Shown here piece after piece: positions 1-7,150 of a stretch of DNA of 32,000 bases. The notes under the pieces are model-generated. The model was not told where the DNA came from. It worked only from the letters and a program-made list of their open reading frames with translations, and did no database searches. Source of the DNA: Fastidiosibacter lacustris (GTDB taxonomy: Bacteria > Pseudomonadota > Gammaproteobacteria > Francisellales > Francisellaceae); NCBI RefSeq assembly GCF_003428155.1, contig NZ_QLIR01000016.1, positions 1 to 32,000 of the forward strand. The letters are read 5' to 3'. A program made the translations under genes and the position numbers. Positions within the stretch are counted from its first letter, which is position 1, and each line of letters opens with the position of its first letter.

Positions 1-1
1 A

Positions 2-406
2 ATGCTACTGGCAAAAGTCGTGGCACCCAAGCTTATTGCGGAGAGTGTTAAGGCAAGTGTTGCAACTGGGAAAATAACTCAAGCTAGCCATGAAGCAGGT
101 AAAATACGTGAGTTTGTGACTACTGTTCCAAAAGGGGCACAAAATCCCAAAGTGCGAGATGCGTTACGAAAAGGACAACAAGCTCATAAAGATCGTCAAT
201 ATCTAGAGGGATTTGAGAAAGAGGCTCTGTTGCCTTCAGGTAAACGCATGGATGCTTATAACCGTGAAACGAAGGAGATCATTGAGTTAAAGCCAAATAA
301 CCCTAGAGCAATAAAACAGGGAGAGAAACAAGTTGAAGGTTATTGTCATGAATGTAATCAGGTGAATGGTCAGGGACATACCGGATGGGTTGAAACGTAT
401 GATTAG
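2..406 (+). CDS. 3' end of a larger gene entering from upstream of the window: C-terminal PD-(D/E)xK (restriction-endonuclease-fold) nuclease toxin tip of a polymorphic toxin (Tox-REase-5-like)
   Basis: The frame is open to position 1, so the ATG at 2 is probably internal. The tail ...GQQAHKDRQYLEGFEKEALLPSGKRMDAYNRETKEIIELKPNNPRAIKQGEKQVEGY... shows D...E-x-K spacing (MDAY / EIIELKP) typical of REase-fold toxin tips. The stop TAG 404-406 overlaps the next start (ATGATTAG). Confidence 0.5.
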   Translation: MLLAKVVAPKLIAESVKASVATGKITQASHEAGKIREFVTTVPKGAQNPKVRDALRKGQQAHKDRQYLEGFEKEALLPSGKRMDAYNRETKEIIELKPNNPRAIKQGEKQVEGYCHECNQVNGQGHTGWVETYD

Positions 407-857
407 TCGCAAACCAGTACTGCACAAAGTAAAGTGGGAAAATCTCTTCTCTCTTGATATTCCTGATGCATGGACCTTCCATGAAGAAGATGACGTCATT
501 AGTTTGTTTGACGATAAAGATGGTGTTGGTGTAATACAGATATCCTTTGCTAAACGCAAATCGCAACAAGAACCAGCTGCTCAAGAAGCTATAGATTTTG
601 CGACGAGCTATGCTTCACAGCGTGGATGGGCTATCTCAACGAAATCTGTGCATGCTTTGAATGTTGGTCTTGGAAAGGCTCCTGCATCTGAAATTTCTGC
701 ACAAGAAGACATTGATGGAGAATTACATTATTGGCGTGTATGGCATGTTATGGGGAAAGAGCGAATGGCATTTATTACCTATACTTGTTTGATATCAGAC
801 AAAAACACAGAAGCAACGTTATGTGATTTAATCATTGGTTCTTTTGAGTGGATGTGA
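399..857 (+). CDS. Small cytoplasmic protein, putative cognate immunity protein of the upstream nuclease toxin
   Basis: The ORF track gives 366..857. The ATG at 399-401 overlaps the toxin stop (ATGATTAG, 399-406), a classic toxin/immunity coupling. The protein is about 153 aa, acidic, and has no signal peptide (MISRKPVLHKVKWENLFSLDIPDAWTFHEEDD...). The function is inferred from position only. Confidence 0.45.
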   Translation: MISRKPVLHKVKWENLFSLDIPDAWTFHEEDDVISLFDDKDGVGVIQISFAKRKSQQEPAAQEAIDFATSYASQRGWAISTKSVHALNVGLGKAPASEISAQEDIDGELHYWRVWHVMGKERMAFITYTCLISDKNTEATLCDLIIGSFEWM

Positions 858-969
858 TCAAGGGAATGTGACCTATCAATGCTTTATAGATGGTGGTGTC
901 ATCAATGGCATTGAAAACCAGAGAATATCTAAGGTTCCCTGATATGAAGCTGACCCATTCCATATTCAT

Positions 970-1300
970 TCATTCGTGAGTGTGTCTTATTGTCATGGCG
1001 GGATGCACTTTGGGGATACGAGCGTCAGTTGATTGGCTAGTCAGACATTGTTGCCACTGCCGAGAATCGGCTATTGCTTGGTTCAGATAATCCGATAGAG
1101 ATTTCTTGTTTGCTTAGGAAAGTTAAAAACTCAACAGGTCGGAGAATTGCTTCGTGTACTATAAACCAGCAATCGATGGGTATGATCCAAGCCGGCACAG
1201 CATTGAAGAGAATAAAGCAAGATTGCTTTCAAAGTGGGGGCACTATCTTTCTGAAACAAGGTAGGATATTGGAATATCCAAGTAACTGTTTTATAAGTTT
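970..1300 (-). pseudogene. Degraded C-terminal remnant of an IS630/Tc1-mariner superfamily transposase
   Basis: Minus-strand translation in three shifted frames gives ...TLFQKDSAPTLKA...HRLLVYSTRSNSPT (compare FQQDNAPxH ... PxYSPDLNPIE). It then gives EFLTFLSKQ... (compare IE..W..LK) and finally ...QWQQCLTSQSTDARIPKVHPAMTIRHTHE* (compare W..I....L..SMPxRi.aVi.akGg.TkY*). Stops and frameshifts interrupt it and the N-terminal two thirds are absent. Confidence 0.4.
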
Positions 1301-2310
1301 TAATTATTTGCAACTGAAACCGTCGCACCACTAACGGAAAGCATACAAATTAAATCACTATTTTGTGCACTTTGACAACTTGATATAGGGAACGAGAAAC
1401 TAATATTTGTAGTGGTATTAACGGAATTTGTAATTTGGGCATAAAGCCTAGCTATTTGATAGTTTGAAGCTTTACCATCAACGGTGATGCTCGTTAATGC
1501 GTAACTCGAAGAACCACCAGTTAGTTGGTCAGTTGAAAGGTTTGTCGCGTTACTGGACATGGTCAAAGCACTACCACAATTTACATAGTTTTGATTACAG
1601 AATTTAATGGAAGTGTAAGTTGGACTTGTACCACTGCTACTACCTATAATTCTAAGGTTAATCGCATTATCGGAGGAAATATTGGCAAAAGGATCAATGA
1701 AAGCATTGTTTTCTTTGGCAATACCATAGACATAACCCTTTGAATTTACTGCTTTTAAAGTAGCTTGAAACTTAGTAGATGAACTCGTGCTACTTATTGG
1801 ATAGTAGCCGCCATAATTAGTATTATTGTAGGGATTGGAATAGCTTGAGTTTGAACCAGATGATAAGGTGTCATTAGCTATTTTTTGATCTTGCTCACTA
1901 TTTTGATCTTTATTAAGGTATGGGTTGTCTGAATTCTCAGTGCTTTTATCGACGCTAGTTTGTTGGCTATAAGGATTATTGCTTTGATCAGAGATAGGCG
2001 CACCTCCTGGGACAAAGATCGGACTATTCATTGCTTCTCTATCCAGTGGGAGTAAGTTCTGTATAGTCTTAGGCATTTGAGGAGTAGCTACGTTTGGTTT
2101 GGACAACTGGATCAATTTTAATGACTGAGTTAAGGCTTCTATTTCTTGGTTGATTTTTTGCAATTGCAAAATTTGTTCTTTTTCTTTTGCTGCCAGTGCA
2201 ATATCTATACTTTTAGTATTTTGTGTAGCTGCAATTGCTTGACTTTCAGCATTAGCTAAATTCATCAAAAAGCTTAATAGCAGCATCCAACTTATTCTTT
2301 TCACAATCAC
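1300..2310 (-). CDS. Orphan secreted protein: signal peptide, short coiled coil, Pro-rich linker, NPY-repeat low-complexity region, Cys-containing Ser/Thr/Asn-rich C-terminal domain
   Basis: The 336-aa ORF probably starts at the GTG at 2304, which gives MKRISWMLLLSFLMNLANA/ES and lies 8 nt after the Shine-Dalgarno (SD) sequence AAGG. It has a coiled segment (EKEQILQLQKINQEIEALTQSLKL) and three NPY motifs (NNPYSQQ, DNPYLNK, SNPYNNT). Two short Cys loops occur (C-x6-C and C-x9-C). I recognise no family. Confidence 0.65.
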   Translation of the reverse strand: MIVKRISWMLLLSFLMNLANAESQAIAATQNTKSIDIALAAKEKEQILQLQKINQEIEALTQSLKLIQLSKPNVATPQMPKTIQNLLPLDREAMNSPIFVPGGAPISDQSNNPYSQQTSVDKSTENSDNPYLNKDQNSEQDQKIANDTLSSGSNSSYSNPYNNTNYGGYYPISSTSSSTKFQATLKAVNSKGYVYGIAKENNAFIDPFANISSDNAINLRIIGSSSGTSPTYTSIKFCNQNYVNCGSALTMSSNATNLSTDQLTGGSSSYALTSITVDGKASNYQIARLYAQITNSVNTTTNISFSFPISSCQSAQNSDLICMLSVSGATVSVANN

Positions 2311-2364
2311 TACCTTATAAAAAGGGCTAAGGTAGATTTAATTGTACAAGAACAGCGCTACAGA

Positions 2365-3129
2365 TCAAAGCTTTGATGCAAAACTTGCAGTAAATAACAA
2401 TAATAAAGGCGAAATAACAATACTTTGCCTAAACGGATTGTCTACTTTTTTAATAAATTTTTGGGCGCTCACTAATTGTAGTTTATTGAGGGTGATAAAT
2501 GGCATGAGGGATTTATCAAAGGGTTTTAGCTGTTGTCGTAATAACTTGGCTTTAGTTAATACATTATGAGCAATTTCACGAAACACACCTTGATCAACTT
2601 GTGGCGTAAGTCTTGCGTCTAAGCTTATGTTTCTTGAGTAATGCTTTCCAATTAATAATAAATGTCGGATTAATTGATCCGAAGCGTTGAGGGTGCTGAC
2701 TTTTTGTCGATCAATACAACCAAGCAATTTTGCTTTAAGGCTTGCTACTCCTAAAAAACTGTCGCTTAAATCATTTTCAAGTTGTTGTTGTCGCCCTTTA
2801 GCAATTGTTTGCAGTGCGTAGTTTAAGTCATGGTTTAACCACAATACTAAATCTTCCGCTCTAAAATATTTTACAACAAAATTGAGTAATGGATGATTTA
2901 GCATCTTACCTGTTTTAAGTTTTTCTAGCTCAGTTTGCCACCACTGTAGTTTTTTCAAAGCAGGATAGGGTTCTTGATAAAACTCTGACGCTTTGATCCA
3001 TTGGTGTTTTAATTGGTCAAGTGCATACAAAACCTCAATTTTTTCGTTATCAAGCCGTCGATAGGCATAATAGTAAATACTACCATAAACGGGTTTATTC
3101 CCCTCTAGGCATTCATATAAGTAATCCAC
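2365..3129 (-). CDS. Squalene/phytoene synthase (SQS_PSY)-like protein, apparently lacking intact Asp-rich motifs
   Basis: The 254-aa ORF contains ...YYYAYRRLDNEKIE...KLQWWQTELEKLKTGKMLNHPLLNFV..., which resembles the conserved L..Wr.el....HP core of the phytoene/squalene synthase family. Both DxxxD-type motifs look degenerate. The start overlaps the gph stop by 25 nt. The family call is from memory of motifs only. Confidence 0.4.
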   Translation of the reverse strand: MDYLYECLEGNKPVYGSIYYYAYRRLDNEKIEVLYALDQLKHQWIKASEFYQEPYPALKKLQWWQTELEKLKTGKMLNHPLLNFVVKYFRAEDLVLWLNHDLNYALQTIAKGRQQQLENDLSDSFLGVASLKAKLLGCIDRQKVSTLNASDQLIRHLLLIGKHYSRNISLDARLTPQVDQGVFREIAHNVLTKAKLLRQQLKPFDKSLMPFITLNKLQLVSAQKFIKKVDNPFRQSIVISPLLLLFTASFASKL

Positions 3130-3791
3130 GTGATTAACTGCTCCACGTTTGAAATTTTTAAATCATATTCCTGTACAGTCAATTTAACTGCTTCATAACC
3201 GTAATTAGCAAAGATGCGGTAGCATCCTGCGTATTTAGCTGCACACATATCGGTTTTCGCATCGCCAACATATGCTGTGCACCTATGTGAGACATTAAGC
3301 TTTTGCATTGCATATAACAATGGCATTGGATGTGGTTTTTTATATGTCAAATCATCTGCACATACTACAATTGCAGCGCTTTCAAACAAGGGGAGTTTGG
3401 GTAACACAGCTTCGGTCAAAACCCTTGTTTTACTTGTTACCACACCCCATTTGATTGCTTTTTTCTGTAAAGTTTCAAACAATTCACGCACGTTGGGGTA
3501 ACTTTCTGTTGTATCTTGTGCATGAGTTTGATAGTGCCAAAATGCCGTTTCTTTTAAGCTTATAAGCTCATCTTTTGTCAATTTACCATTGATTTCTTTA
3601 AACAAAAACTCAACTCCTCTGCCTGCATGTTTAAGAAGTGTTTGTTCTTCAAATGCCACTTGCAAATTGTGTGCTATAAATGCATAACGAATGGCATTGA
3701 AAATGCCGGTTGAAGAATCTAATAATGTCCCATCTAAGTCAAATAATATAAGCTTAAGCTTGTTTCTTAAATGCGATGATATAATTGACAT
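3105..3791 (-). CDS. gph: HAD-superfamily phosphatase, phosphoglycolate phosphatase-like
   Basis: HAD motifs are present: LILFDLDGTLLDS (motif I), VVTSKTR (motif II) and YVGDAKTDMCAAKYAG (motifs III/IV). The ubiG-gph order is conserved in gammaproteobacteria. The ORF track starts at the TTG at 3806; the ATG at 3791 sits 8 nt after GGAGG and is preferred. Confidence 0.7.
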   Translation of the reverse strand: MSIISSHLRNKLKLILFDLDGTLLDSSTGIFNAIRYAFIAHNLQVAFEEQTLLKHAGRGVEFLFKEINGKLTKDELISLKETAFWHYQTHAQDTTESYPNVRELFETLQKKAIKWGVVTSKTRVLTEAVLPKLPLFESAAIVVCADDLTYKKPHPMPLLYAMQKLNVSHRCTAYVGDAKTDMCAAKYAGCYRIFANYGYEAVKLTVQEYDLKISNVEQLITWITYMNA

Positions 3792-4458
3792 CGGCATCGC
3801 CTCCAAGTGACAGCGTTTTTGTCAAAAAATTGTAATGAACACCTTTGATTTTAATTGCTTGCAAACCATATTTTCTTGCAGCCTTAATAAGCTCCATCGG
3901 TTTGATATACTTGGCATATTCATGAGTACCTTTGGGGATTAAATTCATTACATATTCTGCCATGACGATCGATAACAAATAGGATTTTAGATTGCGGTTT
4001 AAAGTAGAAAAGAACAACCAACCGTCATTTTTTACAAGCCTCGCACATGATGCAATGATACTTTCTGGATCTGGCACATGCTCTAGCATTTCCATACAAG
4101 TAACAACGTCAAAGTTATTGGTTTCTTGTTGGGCTAAGCTCTCCACCGTTTGCTGCAAATAACGAATGTCTAAACCAGACTCCAATAAGTGTAATTTAGC
4201 TATGCTTAATGAAGCTTCTGCTAAATCTAAGCCTGTTACATAAGCACCTTTATAAGCCAAGCTCTCAGTCAAAATCCCACCACCACAACCGATATCAACA
4301 ACCCTTAAATCATTCAGCTTGCCAACGCATTGCTCTATAAATTGAAGTCGCAATGGATTGACTTGATGCAAGGTTCTAAACTCGCCATCTTCACACCACC
4401 ATTGATGCGCTAATGCGCTAAACTTATTAATTTCAGATTGATCTACATTCATAAACAA
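3754..4458 (-). CDS. ubiG: Bifunctional 3-demethylubiquinol 3-O-methyltransferase / 2-polyprenyl-6-hydroxyphenol methylase
   Basis: The N-terminus NVDQSEINKFSALAHQWWCEDGEFRTLHQVNPLRLQFI and the SAM motif VVDIGCGGGILTESLA match UbiG end to end. Confidence 0.9.
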   Translation of the reverse strand: MFMNVDQSEINKFSALAHQWWCEDGEFRTLHQVNPLRLQFIEQCVGKLNDLRVVDIGCGGGILTESLAYKGAYVTGLDLAEASLSIAKLHLLESGLDIRYLQQTVESLAQQETNNFDVVTCMEMLEHVPDPESIIASCARLVKNDGWLFFSTLNRNLKSYLLSIVMAEYVMNLIPKGTHEYAKYIKPMELIKAARKYGLQAIKIKGVHYNFLTKTLSLGGDADVNYIIAFKKQA

Positions 4459-4674
4459 AGGTGTGTTTGCAAAATATATGCCATCATAACAAAAATAAAT
4501 AGCTACGGGATACCCATCACCAACTTTTTATTATCAGTGTTGGATTTTATTGTTAAGAATGCTACAGTGGGCTTCATTTGCTTAATTCTAATTGCTATTT
4601 TAAATTATTAAATTTATAGTTTCCTTTGTTATAAAATTACAATGACTGTGATGGGACGATTAAAAAGTTCACCT

Positions 4675-4690
4675 CTTTAAAATTTTAAAG
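4675..4690. promoter_or_regulatory. Perfect 16-bp palindrome CTTTAAAATTTTAAAG upstream of ocd; candidate operator
   Basis: Read directly: 4675-4682 (ctttaaaa) is the reverse complement of 4683-4690 (ttttaaag). It lies 38 nt upstream of the ocd ATG, just before the SD sequence AAGGAGG, inside the ubiG/ocd divergent region. Confidence 0.25.
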
Positions 4691-4727
4691 TGCGTAAGTC
4701 TAGTAAATAAGGAAAAGGAGGAACAAA

Positions 4728-5810
4728 ATGATTAAAGTTATTTCAGTTGAAAAGCTTGCTGAGCTCATACATAAACATGGGTTAAAGCAATATTTTATTG
4801 ATTTAATGGCAACCTTAAAAGGCGACTTTTTGCGTTGGCAAGAATTTGACAAAATCCCACGCCCAGCTTTCCATGTACCAGATGGGGTGATAGAACTTAT
4901 GCCAACGGCAGACAAACAACTGTTTGCCTATAAATATGTCAATGGTCACCCTAAAAACCCATTACAGAACAAGCAAACCATTATTGCAACGGGACAGTTG
5001 TCGAAAGTTTCTGATGGACATCCATTACTTATTTCTGAAATGACAGTTTTAACTGGTTTAAGAACAGCAGCAACAGCAGCCCTAGCTACTGATTATTTAG
5101 CACGTAAAGATGCTAAAACCCTAGCACTTATTGGTACTGGTGCGCAAAGTGACTTTCAAGCCTTGGCAACAGCTCTTGTACGAGATATCAAAACGATTCG
5201 TTATCATGATATCGATCCAAAAGCGATGTGTCGCTTTGAGAAAAATATGCAGACTTATAATTTTGAATTGGTTCCATGTAAAAGCAATGAAGAAGCCATT
5301 AAAGGTGCAGATATCGTTACTGTGTGCACAGCATGCAAGGCGCACGCTATTGTGATTGAAAATGACTGGGTTAGACCTGGCGTGCATATCAATGGTTTAG
5401 GTGGAGATTGTCCAGGCAAAACTGAGCTAGATAAATCCATCTTAACACGTGCTAAAGTCGTAGTTGAGTTTTTTGAACAATCTTTTATTGAAGGTGAAAT
5501 TCAGTGCTTTACTGAGCAAGAGGCTAAAAAAGTTGTTTATGCTGAGCTGTGGGAATTAATTGAAGGACAAAAACAAGGACGAACTTCAGCCGATGAAATT
5601 ACAGTTTTTGATTCGGTTGGCTTTGCCTTGGAAGATTTTTCGGTGTTAAAACTCACTTACCAATTAGCAGAAAAATATGATATTGGCGTGCCAATAAACA
5701 TGATTCCAGTTTTAAAAGATCCAAAAGATTTATTCTCGGTGCTTAATGACTATGGAGATAATCAGGCACTTCAAATACATCAAACAGCACAAACAGTTGG
5801 CTCAATATAA
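4728..5810 (+). CDS. ocd: Ornithine cyclodeaminase (mu-crystallin family), L-ornithine -> L-proline + NH3
   Basis: There is near-colinear similarity to Pseudomonas putida OCD as I remember it: ...GVIELMPTADKQLFAYKYVNGHPKNP..., LTGLRTAATAALA, IGTGAQSDFQALA, HINGLGGDCPGKTELD, FIEGEIQ, VFDSVGFALEDFSVL. A strong SD sequence, AAGGAGG, precedes the start. Confidence 0.85.
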   Translation: MIKVISVEKLAELIHKHGLKQYFIDLMATLKGDFLRWQEFDKIPRPAFHVPDGVIELMPTADKQLFAYKYVNGHPKNPLQNKQTIIATGQLSKVSDGHPLLISEMTVLTGLRTAATAALATDYLARKDAKTLALIGTGAQSDFQALATALVRDIKTIRYHDIDPKAMCRFEKNMQTYNFELVPCKSNEEAIKGADIVTVCTACKAHAIVIENDWVRPGVHINGLGGDCPGKTELDKSILTRAKVVVEFFEQSFIEGEIQCFTEQEAKKVVYAELWELIEGQKQGRTSADEITVFDSVGFALEDFSVLKLTYQLAEKYDIGVPINMIPVLKDPKDLFSVLNDYGDNQALQIHQTAQTVGSI

Positions 5811-5851
5811 ACCTTTTTGATAATTAAATATTAAGAAAAATTGGAGAAAGT

Positions 5852-7123
5852 ATGTTTTATGAAACCGCTACAAGTCAAGGTTTGGAAGGTGTGAGTATGC
5901 CAGATACCAAAATTGACTTAACTATATCTAGTGAGATTGCACCATTAAAAACGATTTTATTAAAAAGACCTGGAAAAGAATTATGTAATTTAACTCCTAA
6001 TAATTTAGAAGAATTGCTTTTTGACGATATCCCTTATTTAGAAAATGCACAAAAAGAGCATGATGTATTTGCTAATATATTAAGGCAGCAAGGTGTAGAG
6101 GTTTTATATCTAGAAGATTTAGCAGGAGAGGTTTTAGATAATCAAATACTAAAAGCAGAGATAATCAATACTTTTCTTGGGCTATCAGGGATAAGAAACG
6201 TAAATATTGTAGATGGTTTAAGGGCATACCTTAGTCAGTATTCTGGAAAAGAGTTGTGTCAACAACTTATGTCTGGTTTAAAACGCAATGAAATTAAATT
6301 ATCAGACATGGGTTTAAGCACACAAATCGCACGTAAGGATGACTTTTGGCTTCATCCAATTCCAAATTTATATTTTACACGTGATCCTGGAGTAGTATTT
6401 GGTAACATGGCTTGCCTAAATAGCATGTATGCAGAAACAAGAAGAAGAGAAAGTATTTTTATTGAAAGTGTACTTAAACATCATTCACGGTTCAGTAGAA
6501 ACCTGACACTAGATTTGCGCTTAAATCATGGATCAATAGAAGGTGGTGATATAATTGTTTTAGATAAAAATACACTGGCTATTGGTGTTTCACAACGCAC
6601 ATCAGCACAAGCGATTGAACAATTAAGCCATCAACTGTTTTTTGATGATAGACTGAAAACCTCACACACTATTAAAAAAATCTTAGCATTCAAAATTCCA
6701 GTAAGTCGTGCATTTATGCACTTAGATACAGTATTGACTCAGATTGATTACGATAAAGTAACGATGCACAGAGGAATTGTACATAAAACAACTATATACC
6801 GTCTTTCTGCTGGAGATTCCCAAACGGTTAAATGTGATGAATTAACAGGTGATATCGGTAAAATTTTGTCGGAAGAGCTCAGTAGAGAGATCGAAATTAT
6901 TTATTGTGGAGGCGAGGATACAATTACAGGTTCACGCGAACAGTGGAGTGACGGCGCAAACACTTTGGCACTTAGACCAGGTGAAGTCTTTGTGTATCAG
7001 CGTAATGCTGCAACGAACAGACTATTACAAGAGAAAGGGATTAAAGTTTATGAAATCCCATGTTCAGAATTATCTAGAGGAAGGGGGGGGGCCACGCTGT
7101 ATGTCGATGCCACTCGTGCGTAA
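5852..7123 (+). CDS. arcA: Arginine deiminase with a frameshifted C-terminus; the authentic end continues in the +1 frame to 7133
   Basis: The ADI N-terminus is present: [66 protein letters not shown]. After ...SELSRGRGG this frame reads [10 protein letters not shown], whereas the overlapping frame (ORF 6849..7133) reads [16 protein letters not shown]. The latter is the conserved ADI catalytic-Cys motif. An alternative start is the ATG at 5897 (MPDTKIDL...). Confidence 0.85.
   Translation: [423 protein letters not shown]
7083..7091 (+). repeat. G9 homopolymer inside arcA, the site of the frameshift
   Basis: Counted directly: aa + gggggggg (7083-7090) + g (7091). Removing one G joins ...RGRGG to [13 protein letters not shown]. 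Confidence 0.9.
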
Positions 7124-7150
7124 AGAGATGTAGTCAAAGGTTAATATTAT

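Noticed and set aside
287-584. Minus-strand ORFs 287..559 and 303..584 overlapping the toxin/immunity pair
   Set aside because: They are antisense to two plus-strand ORFs that have a clean start/stop coupling. Their translations are low-complexity and unrecognisable, and they have no ribosome-binding site. They are most likely shadow ORFs.
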